A stretch of 32,000 bases of DNA. Origin: Synechocystis sp. PCC 6803 substr. PCC-P. Its GTDB lineage: Bacteria > Cyanobacteriota > Cyanobacteriia > Cyanobacteriales > Microcystaceae. Positions 17,827 through 28,843 of the stretch are shown in pieces. The stretch is from contig NC_017039.1 in the NCBI RefSeq assembly GCF_000284455.1, positions 1,830,001-1,862,000 on the forward strand, given 5' to 3'. The position numbers and the translations under genes were made by a program. The notes below the pieces were generated by a model, which did no database searches, was not told where the DNA came from, and saw nothing but the letters and a program-made list of their open reading frames with translations. Each line of letters opens with the position of its first letter. Within the stretch, counting starts at the first letter, position 1.

Positions 17827-19599
17827 CTAACGAACAGTTTCTAAGCTCTCAATTTTCTTGGTAAACAGCTCTGTGAAGATGCTCATCACCGTGCGTTTTT
17901 CACGGACACGGATGTTAGCTGTGACGGACATGCCCGATTGGAGGGGAATCTCCCGCCCATGACTAACTAATTCCTGGCTATCTAGCTTGATCCTGACGGG
18001 GAATCGATAAAATTGATAGGTTTGATCGGGGGGCAGGGCATCGGAGCCGACGTATTCCACTTCCCCATCGACTCCACCAAACTCACTGTAGGGGAAGGAA
18101 TCAATCCGTACGTCAACGGGCATACCAGTGCGCACGAAACCGATATCTTTATTTGTCACATCCACCTCGGCTACTAAGCTATCGGCGGGAATAATTTTGA
18201 GCAGAGGTTCAGTTTGGTTGGGGGGGGTAACGTAACCAGGGGTGGCCTTGAGGTCAAATACAACCCCATCCACCGGGGAAGTGATTTCTTGATAACCAAG
18301 GTTTACCTTTGCCCGTTCAATCTGTCCGTTTAATTCGGTCAGCCGTTTGTCGTTATCAACGATGATTTTGGTGATCTGACTATCAATTTCTGCCAGCCGC
18401 TTATTGTTGTCTGCAAGGCGATCATAGATGTCCTTATCAGTTACGGCGCTGGTGTTGGCCAGGCGGGCTTGGGCTTGGGAAATTAAAGACTGAAGGCGTG
18501 ATTGCTCCGTTTCTAAGCGCTGGATTTCTGCTTGGCGGGACTCAATTTGTTGTTTTTGGCGGTCTACTTCCACCACCGTGTTAACTTTTTGCTCGATTAA
18601 CTGCTGAGTCCTGTCATTGAGGGATTGTTGCTGTTTTTCTACCTGTAACCGTGCCAGGGCTCCCTCCTCTAGCAAGGGGGTCATACTATTAACGATGCCT
18701 GCTTCAATCGCTAAGCTTTTCTCTGCCTCCACGAGGGCCGCTTCGTTGCGCCCCAATAGCCCAGCCAAGATTTTCTGGTCTTCCTGGAGCTGACTCCTTT
18801 CCGCCCTCAATTGTAGGCTGGCCTGCTGTAATTGTTTTTCAATTTGGCGAATCTCCAATTCAGCAGCGGTCACACGACTGCCTAATTCAAAGCGGGCCAT
18901 TTCCAGTCGGGAAAGTTGTTCGGCACTGAGTTGGCCTTCACCACTGGCGTTTCTTAACCCCAATTGCTGACGATAAAGTTTATTTTCATTAATCAATTCA
19001 GCCCGGTTATTGGCCAAAGCCACTACTTCCCAGGGTAAGTTGAGCTGGCTGATCGCCCTCTGTAGGGTACTGCCCTCCAAACCGTTTTGCAGTAGGGTGC
19101 GATAGAAAGCATTTTCCTGGAGAACCTTAGAGCGAATATTTTGGGCGGCGGTCAATTCTGCCCGGGTACTGCTGGAATCCATGATTACCAGCACTTCACC
19201 TTTTTTGACCTTGCGGTTGTTTTCGACTAAAACTTCCTTAACCACCCCATTGAGGGGAGCATTGATGTCCTTAACTGTATCGAGGGGTTTCAGTTGTCCG
19301 GTGGCGGGGACCACCTGTTCAATGGTAGCGATGGAAGCCCAGGTCACAGCCACCACAGTCACCCCCATAATCGCAATGGCAATACCCCGGGCCCACATGG
19401 GGGACTGACGCATGACAATGGCTTGTTCCGGTTGGAATAGGGATGAGTTGGATGAGAGAGCAACGGGAGTTTTGGCAGCCTTTTCCTGTTCTTTTACGTC
19501 GGCCAAGGTGCCCGCATCCATGGTTTTGGAGCTGTGGCCGTTCCTTTGGGGAGCATGTTCCTGGGTGGGGCTATTCATAATTCTGGGGGCGATCGCCAA
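17827..19599 (-). CDS. HlyD-family membrane fusion protein of a type I secretion system
   Basis: 590-aa ORF; one N-terminal TM, biotinyl-lipoyl halves, long coiled coil, GYQEITSPVDGVVFDL; matches recalled sll1181. Confidence 0.92.
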   Translation of the reverse strand: MAIAPRIMNSPTQEHAPQRNGHSSKTMDAGTLADVKEQEKAAKTPVALSSNSSLFQPEQAIVMRQSPMWARGIAIAIMGVTVVAVTWASIATIEQVVPATGQLKPLDTVKDINAPLNGVVKEVLVENNRKVKKGEVLVIMDSSSTRAELTAAQNIRSKVLQENAFYRTLLQNGLEGSTLQRAISQLNLPWEVVALANNRAELINENKLYRQQLGLRNASGEGQLSAEQLSRLEMARFELGSRVTAAELEIRQIEKQLQQASLQLRAERSQLQEDQKILAGLLGRNEAALVEAEKSLAIEAGIVNSMTPLLEEGALARLQVEKQQQSLNDRTQQLIEQKVNTVVEVDRQKQQIESRQAEIQRLETEQSRLQSLISQAQARLANTSAVTDKDIYDRLADNNKRLAEIDSQITKIIVDNDKRLTELNGQIERAKVNLGYQEITSPVDGVVFDLKATPGYVTPPNQTEPLLKIIPADSLVAEVDVTNKDIGFVRTGMPVDVRIDSFPYSEFGGVDGEVEYVGSDALPPDQTYQFYRFPVRIKLDSQELVSHGREIPLQSGMSVTANIRVREKRTVMSIFTELFTKKIESLETVR

Positions 19600-19734
19600 A
19601 GATGATGGACAAAGAGTTGATTGGGCGAGGAAATTATTTAGGCTAATGGTAATGGTATAGACAAAGTTTTAAAACCCATGGGGGCACACTGTCTGGCTAG
19701 TTGATAAAAATTCACACAGTTTTAGGTGAGGGCA

Positions 19735-22700
19735 CTAAACATCGTCACCGCCGGCGCCCTGTTGTTGGTAAAGGTAATAGTAACGTCCCTTGAGGGCCAT
19801 TAATTCGTCATGGCTACCCTGCTCAACAACGGAACCTTGGTCCATCATAACGATTACGTCGGCGCTCCGGACAGAGCTAAGGCGGTGGGTGATGAAGAAG
19901 ACGGTGTGATCCTTGAAGGCATCCCCAAGGTTGATACATACTTGTTGTTCGGTTATGTAATCCAGGGCGCTGGTGGCCTCGTCCAACACCAAAATGCGTG
20001 GCCGCTGTAACACCGATCTGGCAATCGCAATTCGTTGCCGTTGTCCCCCGGAGAGAGTAGCTCCCCGTTCCCCTACCCTGGTGTTGTAACCGTTGGGCAA
20101 GGTCATAATGAATTCGTGGGCAGAGGCAACTTTAGCCGCCGAGATAATTTGTTCCGTGGTCGCGTCTGGGTTAGTCAGGGCAATATTTTCTTGCACTGTG
20201 CCTTCAAACAGGAGGGTTTCCTGGGGGACTACCCCCACCTGACGACGGAGGGAATAGAGTTCCACTTTGCCAATATCAAGGCCATCGACCAAAATCCGCC
20301 CCCCTTCGGGTTCATACAGTCGGGAAAGCAGTTTGGTCAGGGTACTTTTACCAGCACCACTCTGCCCAACCAAAGCCACAAAGGTGCCCGGGGGGAAGGA
20401 CAGGTTAATGTTGTTCAACTGTAATGGCCCCTGTTTTTTAAACCGGAAACTGACGTTTTCAAACTTCACTTCGCCGGCAATTTCGGGCATGGGAATGTTT
20501 TGGCGATCGCGCTCCGATTCCTGGGGCGTATCAACAATGTCCGCCAACCGTTCCAGGGACAGGGCGGTTTCCTGGAAGTTCTGCCAGAGTTGGGTCAAAC
20601 GCAGAATAGGGGAGGTAACGTAGCCGGCAATGATCCGAAAAGCGATTAACTGACCCAGGGTTAAATCCCCATCCAACACCAGGGATGCCCCCACCCAAAG
20701 TACGAGTAAACCGGATAACTGGTTGAGAAAATGACTGGAGGAGCTAGCTAGGGTAGAGGTAATGACAGTGTTGAAACCGGCCCCCACATAACGGGAATAT
20801 TTGTCCTGCCATTGCCAGCGGGAGCGCAACTCGATGTTTTGGGCTTTAACGGTCTGAATCCCTGACATTACCTCCACTAGATAGGACTGGGTTTGGGCGT
20901 TTCTTTCCGCTTTGAGCCGTAACTGCCTACGAATAAGGGGGGAAAATACCAGAGTCAAAATAACAAAAATGGGCACAATTCCCAGGGCCACCGCCGTCAG
21001 CAGAGGGCTGTAGATAATCATCACGACGATGTAGACCACAGAAAAAACGGAGTCCAACACCACCGTCAGGGCCGTACCTGTTAAAAATTGCCGAATATTT
21101 TCCAGTTCGTTAACCCTGGTGGAAATTTCCCCCACTGGGCGGTTCTCAAAATAGCGCAGGGGTAACCGCAGTAGGTGGTCGATGATCTCCGACCCCAAAC
21201 TCATGTCGATGCGATTGGTGGTATCTACAAATAAGTAGGTTCGTAGGGTGCTTAAGAGGGCCTCAAAAATGGCGATCGACACCAACGCAATACCCAGCAC
21301 CTGCAGGGTATCTTTGCTGTTTTGCACAATCACCTTGTCGATGATGATTTGGATCATCAAGGGATTGGCCAGACCAAATAGTTGGACAAAGAAGGATGCC
21401 ACAAAGACCAGCAGGAGAATGTAGCGGTACTTCACCAACGCTGGCCAAAACCAACTCAAGCCGAACCGTTGCTGGGGCGTATCTTTGGAAGGGTACATCA
21501 TCAGCACTTCCCCTTGCCCCTCTTCTCCCCAGGTTTCAAGAAACTCACTGGTGTCGCGTTTGACTAGACCCAATTCCGGTACGGCAATTTTTACTTCCCG
21601 ATCGCCAGCTTCGTAGACCAGGGCAAGGCTATCTTGCCAGCGGATGAGAAAAGGGACCTGCATTTGCCCAAAAACTCCCTTGGGGATGCGGACCAACTGA
21701 CTGGTCAAACCCATCAACTCCACAATGGCACCGCAAATGGGCAAAGAAAGGGCTTCACTGCGCTTAATTTCTTCGGTGACAATCCTTTGGATGATGTCCC
21801 GACGGAAAGGCATACCGAAATATTGACTAATCATCTGGAAGCAGGCTACCCCGGCATCGGTGGGATTTTGCCCCCGCACAACGGGATAACTTTTGCGCCC
21901 AGATTTGACCACGGTGGGCTCTGGTAGCGGCTCTCCCAATTGGTTGGGGTCAGCATAGGGAATATCATCCCAGGGGGAATCTTCTGGAGCGAGGCGGGTC
22001 ACCGTGGCCAGGGGCACTTCTCCATGGCCGTTACCATTGCCATTGGTTTTCGATCCAGAACTTCCCGGGAAAAACCGGGGTAAAGGAGGTAGCCCAATCA
22101 AACGGACAAGGGTTTGGGCCTTGAGCACCAAGGCAGAGTCTGGATCAGGCAAAGCGCTACCCCGGGGACATTGCTCCAATTCACCACTACTCACCAACCA
22201 AAGTCTTTCGGGATCGGGCAAATCACTGGGCAAACTGTGGCTACCGGGTTGCAACTCGTAAACCTGACTCTGGGGCAACATTTCCAGGGTTAGCTGGCGC
22301 AAATCCACATTGCCTTGGGCGGTGCGTTGTAGCTGTTCCCCTAATAAATCGAATAGTTCCACCCGACCGCATTGGTGGCGATAAACCCTGGCTAGTTCAG
22401 GATACTTATCTACCAAAGCTAAAAACTCGTCCCTAGTGAGGCTGGCGCAAATAGTTTCCGTAGAGGCGATCGCCGTTTCACAGGGGACATTTCTGATGGC
22501 GTTGTTATCCCCAATCACTGCCCCATTCTGGAGCAAAGCCATGGTGGCGGGGTAACCAGTGCCGGGGTCGTAACCGAGTAGTCTTGCTTGCCCACTGACT
22601 AAGAAATAAACATTATTGGCCAACTTTCCCCGGGCAAGAATTATCTGTCCCATGCGAAACCTTAGCGGCCTCAGTTTTGCCGCTATCTCGGCGATCGCCG

Positions 22701-22770
22701 GGGCAGGAAGTTGAGCAAAGGGTTCAATTTCCCGCAAGAAGGATTGATAATCGGCAATGGTCAGACTCAT
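19735..22770 (-). CDS. ABC exporter with N-terminal cyclic-nucleotide-binding-like domain, degenerate C39-like domain, TMD and NBD (HlyB-like)
   Basis: 1011-aa ORF; NBD: GQSGAGKSTLTK, LSGGQRQRIAIARSVLQRPRILVLDEATSALD; cNBD-like: GQIILARGKLANNVYFLVSGQARLLG; C39-like: NPTDAGVACFQMISQYFG. Matches recalled sll1180. Confidence 0.92.
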   Translation of the reverse strand: MSLTIADYQSFLREIEPFAQLPAPAIAEIAAKLRPLRFRMGQIILARGKLANNVYFLVSGQARLLGYDPGTGYPATMALLQNGAVIGDNNAIRNVPCETAIASTETICASLTRDEFLALVDKYPELARVYRHQCGRVELFDLLGEQLQRTAQGNVDLRQLTLEMLPQSQVYELQPGSHSLPSDLPDPERLWLVSSGELEQCPRGSALPDPDSALVLKAQTLVRLIGLPPLPRFFPGSSGSKTNGNGNGHGEVPLATVTRLAPEDSPWDDIPYADPNQLGEPLPEPTVVKSGRKSYPVVRGQNPTDAGVACFQMISQYFGMPFRRDIIQRIVTEEIKRSEALSLPICGAIVELMGLTSQLVRIPKGVFGQMQVPFLIRWQDSLALVYEAGDREVKIAVPELGLVKRDTSEFLETWGEEGQGEVLMMYPSKDTPQQRFGLSWFWPALVKYRYILLLVFVASFFVQLFGLANPLMIQIIIDKVIVQNSKDTLQVLGIALVSIAIFEALLSTLRTYLFVDTTNRIDMSLGSEIIDHLLRLPLRYFENRPVGEISTRVNELENIRQFLTGTALTVVLDSVFSVVYIVVMIIYSPLLTAVALGIVPIFVILTLVFSPLIRRQLRLKAERNAQTQSYLVEVMSGIQTVKAQNIELRSRWQWQDKYSRYVGAGFNTVITSTLASSSSHFLNQLSGLLVLWVGASLVLDGDLTLGQLIAFRIIAGYVTSPILRLTQLWQNFQETALSLERLADIVDTPQESERDRQNIPMPEIAGEVKFENVSFRFKKQGPLQLNNINLSFPPGTFVALVGQSGAGKSTLTKLLSRLYEPEGGRILVDGLDIGKVELYSLRRQVGVVPQETLLFEGTVQENIALTNPDATTEQIISAAKVASAHEFIMTLPNGYNTRVGERGATLSGGQRQRIAIARSVLQRPRILVLDEATSALDYITEQQVCINLGDAFKDHTVFFITHRLSSVRSADVIVMMDQGSVVEQGSHDELMALKGRYYYLYQQQGAGGDDV

Positions 22771-23129
22771 AGCAACAGATAATTTAAAGACGGGAAAATT
22801 GATTTGGCAAATAGCTGCGCGACAACTAGCGACGGCTTTGGATATGTTGAAACATCTTCACCTTTCAACCAAGGTTTTAGACTACCGAAAAGCCAGGCAG
22901 TACCCCTAAGGGTCTCCACTTCCCCCCAGACATTACAACAGATCGGACTTTTTTCACCAGACCTAGTTCCAGATTCTCCTCCAAACAAGTTTGGCAAAAC
23001 ACCTGTTGTCCCACCGAAAAACTATTCCAAGTATAAGAAATTAGACCCATTGATTGACCCGGTTTCCCATCCAGGGGCCGATAAATATCGTACAATGAAG
23101 GGTCTGAAATTTTTTGTTCCTTGCCCAGC

Positions 23130-25010
23130 ATGAAAGCCCAATCAGAACCTCGGTTTGATTACGTCAAAATTGCGATCGCCTCCCCCGAAAGGATCCGCCA
23201 GTGGGGAGAACGCACCCTACCGAACGGCACCGTAGTGGGGGAAGTGACCAAACCCGAAACCATTAACTACCGGACGTTAAAGCCGGAAATGGACGGTCTG
23301 TTCTGTGAAAAAATCTTTGGTCCTTCCAAGGATTGGGAATGCTGGTGTGGCAAATATAAACGGGTACGGCACCGGGGCATTGTTTGTGAGCGCTGTGGCG
23401 TGGAAGTAACGGAATCTAGGGTTCGTCGTCACCGCATGGGCTACATCAAATTAGCCGCCCCCGTCACCCACGTTTGGTATCTCAAAGGCATCCCTAGCTA
23501 TCTCAGCATTCTTTTGGACATGGCCCTGCGGGATGTGGAGCAGATCGTTTACTTCAACGCCTACGTGGTGCTCAACCCCGGCAATGCCAGCAATCTGCAA
23601 TATAAGCAACTCCTGACTGAAGACCAGTGGGTAGAAATTGAAGACCAAATTTATGCTGAAGATTCTGAGCTAGAAGGTATCGAAGTGGGCATTGGTGCGG
23701 AAGCGGTGCAAAGGCTCTTAGCAGAATTGCAACTGGAAGAAGTGGCGGAAAAGCTCCGGGAAGAAATTCTGGCTAGTAAAGGACAAAAGCGGGCCAAGCT
23801 GATTAAACGTCTGCGGGTAATTGATAATTTCATCGCTACCCACTCCCAAGCGGAATGGATGACCTTGGATGTGATCCCTGTTATTCCGCCAGATTTACGT
23901 CCCATGGTGCAGTTGGATGGGGGGCGCTTTGCCACCTCTGACCTGAATGATCTCTATCGTCGGGTAATCAACCGTAATAACCGTCTGGCCCGTCTGCAGG
24001 AAATCCTCGCCCCGGAAATCATTGTCCGCAACGAAAAGCGGATGCTCCAGGAAGCAGTGGATGCCCTGATCGATAATGGTCGCCGGGGTCGCACCGTCGT
24101 GGGTGCCAATAACCGGGCGTTGAAATCCCTTTCCGACATCATTGAAGGTAAGCAGGGTCGTTTCCGTCAAAACCTCTTGGGTAAACGGGTGGACTACTCC
24201 GGTCGTTCCGTTATTGTGGTGGGCCCCAACCTCAAAATTTACCAATGCGGTCTGCCCCGGGAAATGGCGATCGAGCTATTCCAGCCCTTTGTGATTCACC
24301 GTCTGATCAAACTAGGCATTGTTAACAACATCAAAGCGGCCAAGAAATTGATTCTCAAGGGCGATCCGCAAATTTGGAGCGTATTGGAGGAAGTGATCAC
24401 TGGACACCCCGTTATGCTCAACCGGGCACCCACTCTGCACCGTTTGGGTATCCAAGCCTTTGAGCCAATTTTGGTGGAAGGGCGAGCCATCCAACTCCAT
24501 CCCCTGGTGTGTCCTGCTTTTAACGCTGACTTCGACGGGGACCAAATGGCTGTACACGTCCCCCTTTCCCTAGAGGCCCAATGTGAAGCCCGGCTGTTGA
24601 TGCTGGCTTGCCATAACGTTCTTTCCCCCGCTACAGGTAAACCCATTGTGGCTCCCTCCCAGGACATGGTATTGGGCTGTTATTACCTCACCGCAGAAAA
24701 TCCCAATGCCCAAAAGGGAGCAGGACGTTACTTTGCCGGGATCGAAGATGCCTTGCGGGCCTATGACCACGGCCAAGTGGATCTCCACTCCCAAATTTGG
24801 ATTCGCCATCTGGATGAAGATGTGGTGACGGAAAAACCAGACACAGAGGTCATCAAAACCGAGGATTTGGGGGATGGCACGGTGATGAAATATTACCGGG
24901 AACGGAAAATCCGTGAAGGAGTTGATGGGGAGATTATTACTCAGTACATTCAGACGACTCCGGGGCGGATCATTTACAACAAAACGATCGCCGAAGCGTT
25001 GGTGTTCTAA
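23130..25010 (+). CDS. rpoC1: RNA polymerase gamma subunit (cyanobacterial beta-prime N-terminal part)
   Basis: 626 aa from [14 protein letters not shown]; zinc ligands [20 protein letters not shown] and catalytic NADFDGDQM. Confidence 0.97.
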   Translation: MKAQSEPRFDYVKIAIASPERIRQWGERTLPNGTVVGEVTKPETINYRTLKPEMDGLFCEKIFGPSKDWECWCGKYKRVRHRGIVCERCGVEVTESRVRRHRMGYIKLAAPVTHVWYLKGIPSYLSILLDMALRDVEQIVYFNAYVVLNPGNASNLQYKQLLTEDQWVEIEDQIYAEDSELEGIEVGIGAEAVQRLLAELQLEEVAEKLREEILASKGQKRAKLIKRLRVIDNFIATHSQAEWMTLDVIPVIPPDLRPMVQLDGGRFATSDLNDLYRRVINRNNRLARLQEILAPEIIVRNEKRMLQEAVDALIDNGRRGRTVVGANNRALKSLSDIIEGKQGRFRQNLLGKRVDYSGRSVIVVGPNLKIYQCGLPREMAIELFQPFVIHRLIKLGIVNNIKAAKKLILKGDPQIWSVLEEVITGHPVMLNRAPTLHRLGIQAFEPILVEGRAIQLHPLVCPAFNADFDGDQMAVHVPLSLEAQCEARLLMLACHNVLSPATGKPIVAPSQDMVLGCYYLTAENPNAQKGAGRYFAGIEDALRAYDHGQVDLHSQIWIRHLDEDVVTEKPDTEVIKTEDLGDGTVMKYYRERKIREGVDGEIITQYIQTTPGRIIYNKTIAEALVF

Positions 25011-25039
25011 GCCTAGCTAAAGCCGTTAGTAGTTTATCC

Positions 25040-25075
25040 AGCCGTTTAACTTTTTGCAGTTGCGGCTGTTTTTTT
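25040..25075 (+). terminator. Intrinsic terminator downstream of rpoC1
   Basis: AGCCG tttAACTttttgcAGTTg CGGCT stem followed by gTTTTTTT. Confidence 0.7.
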
Positions 25076-25097
25076 GGAATAAACAGGATGAGAATGT

Positions 25098-26945
25098 TTA
25101 ATCTAGCTCAAATTCTTCCTGCCATTTTTGATCCTGCTCCCTTTGGGGTTGGGCGGTTTTAGCTAAAACAAAATTTTCCAACACCAAGTAATCCATTTCC
25201 GTCCGCATAAAGCAACGGTAGGCATCTTCTGGGGTGCAGACAATGGGTTCCCCGCGCACGTTGAAGGAAGTATTAACCAGTACTCCACAGTCTGTCAGGG
25301 CTTCAAATTGACGCAGTAGTTGATAGTAGCGGGGATTGGTTTCCGGATGAACGGTTTGAATTCGAGCAGAATTGTCCACATGGGTGATGGCAGGTAGTTG
25401 GGACCGGGGAATGTTTAATTTTTCAATGCCAAATAGTTGCTCTTGTTCAGGAGTCAATGGCAAACGCAATTCTTCCCTTACATCGGCCACAATAAGCATA
25501 TAGGGGCTGGGTTGGTCTAGCTCAAAATAATCACCCACTTTTTCGGCCAACACGGACGGGGCAAAGGGGCGAAAGGACTCCCGGTATTTGATTTTCAAAT
25601 TCATCACCGATTGCATGGTGGTGTTGCGGGGATCTCCTATGATGGAACGTCCACCCAGGGCCCGGGGTCCAAATTCCATCCTTCCTTGGAACCAACCCAC
25701 CACATTGCCTCCGGCGAGGATATGGGCCACTTTGCCAAATAAATCTTCATCGGAGTAATAGTCGTAAACTGCTTGTACAGCGGGACCTTTCAGATAAGTT
25801 TCAATTTCTTCGTTGGTAAACCTAGGGCCTAGGTAGGAACCGGCCATGGCATCGGGTTTTCGCACCATTCTTTCATTCTGTAAATACTGGTGCCATACTG
25901 ATAGGGCCGCTCCGATCGCCCCTCCCGCATCTCCAGCGGCCGGTTGAATCCAAATATTTTTAAATTTGCCTTCCCGTAGTAAGCGACCATTGGCCACACA
26001 GTTGAGGGCTACCCCCCCGGCCAAACAAAGATTTTCCAGCCCCAATTCTTCGTACACCGTATTGCCCAAGCGGAGCACGACTTTTTCCGTTACCACTTGA
26101 ATGGAAGCGGCAATGTCCATTTCCCTTTGGGTTAACGGACTTTCCGGCGATCGCCGGGGCGCACCAAACAGATCGGCAAACTTTTTATTGGTCATGGTGA
26201 GACCAGTGGCATAGTTAAAGTAAGCCATGTTGAGGCGAAACGTGCCGTCAGCCTTCAAATCCAACAGATTATCTAAAATTAAATCCACATATTTCGGTTC
26301 TCCGTAGGGGGCCAAACCCATCAGTTTATATTCGCCAGAATTAACCTTAAAACCCGTGTAGTAGGTAAAAGCGGAGTAGAGCAGACCCAAGGAATGGGGA
26401 AAATGAATTTCCCAATGGGGCGTTAACTGATTACCTTGGCCAGACCAAAGGGAAGTGGTGGCCCATTCCCCCACCCCATCCATACAGAGCACTGCCGCCT
26501 CATCAAAAGGACTGGGGAAAAAAGCTGAAGCGGCGTGGGATTGGTGATGTTCGTTAAATAACAAAGGAGGCAAATCTTTGGTCTTACAGTCGCCCAATTC
26601 TGCTAGGGCTTTTTTTAAGACAGTTTTGAGGTAAAGTTTTTCCTGCAACCAAGCGGACATGGCGGCAATGAAAGACCGCAATCCCCTGGGGGCAAAAGCC
26701 AGATAGGTTTCCAGTAACCGTTCAAAGGTCACTAAGGGCTTTTCGTAGAAAACAATATAATCCACTTCTTTTAAACTAATACCTGCTTCCCCAAGACAAT
26801 AATTAATGCCTTGGGTGGGAAAAGAAGCGTCGTGTTTTTTGCGGGTAAATCTTTCTTCCTGCACTGCCGCCACAATAACGCCATCTTTGACCAGGGCCGC
26901 CGCACTGTCGTGGTAGTAAGCAGAAATGCCAAGAATATGAGTCAC
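25098..26945 (-). CDS. NodU/CmcH-family carbamoyltransferase
   Basis: 615-aa ORF; GISAYYHDSAAALVKDG, NHHQSHAASAFFPSPF, CLAGGVALNCVANG, FQGRMEFGPRALGGRSIIGDPR, NTSFNVRGEPIV. Confidence 0.93.
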   Translation of the reverse strand: MTHILGISAYYHDSAAALVKDGVIVAAVQEERFTRKKHDASFPTQGINYCLGEAGISLKEVDYIVFYEKPLVTFERLLETYLAFAPRGLRSFIAAMSAWLQEKLYLKTVLKKALAELGDCKTKDLPPLLFNEHHQSHAASAFFPSPFDEAAVLCMDGVGEWATTSLWSGQGNQLTPHWEIHFPHSLGLLYSAFTYYTGFKVNSGEYKLMGLAPYGEPKYVDLILDNLLDLKADGTFRLNMAYFNYATGLTMTNKKFADLFGAPRRSPESPLTQREMDIAASIQVVTEKVVLRLGNTVYEELGLENLCLAGGVALNCVANGRLLREGKFKNIWIQPAAGDAGGAIGAALSVWHQYLQNERMVRKPDAMAGSYLGPRFTNEEIETYLKGPAVQAVYDYYSDEDLFGKVAHILAGGNVVGWFQGRMEFGPRALGGRSIIGDPRNTTMQSVMNLKIKYRESFRPFAPSVLAEKVGDYFELDQPSPYMLIVADVREELRLPLTPEQEQLFGIEKLNIPRSQLPAITHVDNSARIQTVHPETNPRYYQLLRQFEALTDCGVLVNTSFNVRGEPIVCTPEDAYRCFMRTEMDYLVLENFVLAKTAQPQREQDQKWQEEFELD

Positions 26946-27074
26946 GTTAAACTATCCTGACCAAAGGGAATGTTGGTGTCGCTGTCAATGGGTCGCCCCG
27001 TATAATAACTTGGGTTGGGAACTAGACCGATCGCCAATCCGTTTATCTTTCATAGAAGCCGGGATTTATCAGCT

Positions 27075-27632
27075 ATGTCGAAGAATTTTAACTTGCTATT
27101 GGGCACCCTGGTGGGGGTTAGTTTAGTTTTTCCCCAGGCGATCGCCGTCCAAGCCCAAACAGACCCTTTTCCCGCCAATGCCACCTTTTTTACCGGCACT
27201 CCCCCCAGTTTGGCCGATGTGGATGCGGACTTTAACGGCATTAATATCCCCAACAGCAGATATTTTTTTAGTGTTAGTCTGCCTGCGGGAGAAATTGAGC
27301 CCCTAGGCAAGGTAGTGCTGCACCAACAACCCAATCCCTCTCCTATTAGTCTGGATTTAAGTCAAACAGAAGTATTTTTGGGCCTGCCTTCCCAACGGGG
27401 TAACGACTTGGCCAGTTCTGCGGTTTCCACCAGCGGCGATTCCCAAACCATTGTGGTGCAGTTCAATCCCCCCATTGCTCCTGGTAACACCGTCACTATT
27501 GCTCTGCTAGCGGAGCAAAACCCAGAAGTGGCAGGGGTCTATCAGTTTCGAGTACAAGCCTTTCCCTCCGGGCCAGCCTCTGTTGGTCTAGATTTGGGCG
27601 TGGGACGGTTACAATTTTACGAAAATCGCTAG
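27075..27632 (+). CDS. DUF2808-like exported protein
   Basis: Track ORF begins at 27015; the ATG at 27075 (MSKNFNLLLGTLVGVSLVFPQAIAVQA) gives a clean signal peptide. LPNSRYFFSVSLP... resembles DUF2808 from memory. Confidence 0.75.
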   Translation: MSKNFNLLLGTLVGVSLVFPQAIAVQAQTDPFPANATFFTGTPPSLADVDADFNGINIPNSRYFFSVSLPAGEIEPLGKVVLHQQPNPSPISLDLSQTEVFLGLPSQRGNDLASSAVSTSGDSQTIVVQFNPPIAPGNTVTIALLAEQNPEVAGVYQFRVQAFPSGPASVGLDLGVGRLQFYENR

Positions 27633-27636
27633 CTCC

Positions 27637-28818
27637 ATGATCACCGCCGCCAATTTGCTCCGAATCATTTTCCCCTTTTATGACCCTGAGGTACTGCGGT
27701 GGTCGGGGGAAGCCCGTTTGATGCGGACTTTGTTCTTCGCCTGGATGGCAATGGGCGTGGTGGTGCTATTTTCCGCTTCCTATGCGGAAAGTCTGGATAC
27801 CAGCGGCACAGGCCTGAGCATTATCCTCAAACAAATTGCCTATCTTTGGCTGGGGCTAAATATTTTTAATTTTCTGGTGCGTTTGCCCCTCCAGGTCTGC
27901 CTCAAGCTAGTGCCCTGGTTTTTGATTGTGGTTTTACTGCTGATTTTTTTGACCAAAAGCGGTTTGGGAGTGGAAGTAAATGGGGCCCGTCGTTGGATTA
28001 GTTTGGGACCAATCTTGATCCAGCCGTCAGAATTTATGAAGCCCTGTTTAGTGCTGCAGGCGGCTAATTTGTTCGGCAATTGGCATCGTTTCCCTTGGCG
28101 ATCGCGCCTCATTTGGTTGGGCATTTTTGCCCTAACCCTAGGTAGTATTTTGCTCCAGCCCAACTTGAGCACCACTGCCCTGTGCGGCATGGGGTTATGG
28201 TTAATTGCCCTAGCGTCCGGTCTTCCCTGGATTTATCTCATTTCCACTGCTCTGCTGGGGATAACCACTGCAGTGACAAGTATTTCCATCCGGGACTATC
28301 AACGGGCTCGGGTCACCTCTTTCCTCGACCCCTTTGCCGACCCGAGGGGCGATGGTTACCAGTTGGTGCAAAGTTTATACGCGATCGCCTCTGGGGGAGT
28401 TCTCGGGAGGGGATTTGGCATGTCCCAGCAAAAATTATTCTATTTGCCCATCCAAACCACGGATTTTATTTTTGCTGTCTTTGCGGAAGAATTTGGGCTA
28501 GTGGGCTGCATTACCTTTTTAGCGTTCCTCGGCCTATTTACCACCATGGGGCTGCGGGTGGCCATGCGTTGTCGCCATCGGGTCAAACGATTAATTGGTT
28601 TGGGAGTAGTGATATTTCTAGTGGGTCAATCTCTGCTCAACATTGGTGTGGCCAGTGGCGCTCTGCCCACCACCGGTTTACCTCTGCCATTTTTCAGCTA
28701 TGGTGGTAGTTCCTGTTTATCAAGTCTAGTCTTAGCAGGGCTTTTGGTGCGGGTGGCCAGGGAAAGCAATGAAGCAGAAGTGATTCCCCTAGGAACAAAA
28801 ACTGCTCCGGCGGTTTAA
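27637..28818 (+). CDS. ftsW: FtsW/RodA/SpoVE-family protein
   Basis: 393-aa ORF; [45 protein letters not shown]. The family call is strong, the FtsW versus RodA split less so. Confidence 0.88.
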
Positions 28819-28843
28819 TTTTCAATTGTTATCGAAACTTTCT

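Noticed and set aside
14350-22860. Shared 13-mer GTTGAAACATCTT near 14360 and 22847
   Set aside because: Several such pairs are expected by chance in 32 kb, so it is not evidence of a shared regulatory site.
24296-24667. 124-aa ORF and several antisense ORFs within rpoC1
   Set aside because: Overlap a highly conserved gene and show no recognisable motif.
28182-28709. 175-aa plus-strand ORF inside ftsW
   Set aside because: Out-of-frame overlap with the well-supported FtsW/RodA coding sequence; His/Cys/Ser-rich composition typical of a spurious frame.
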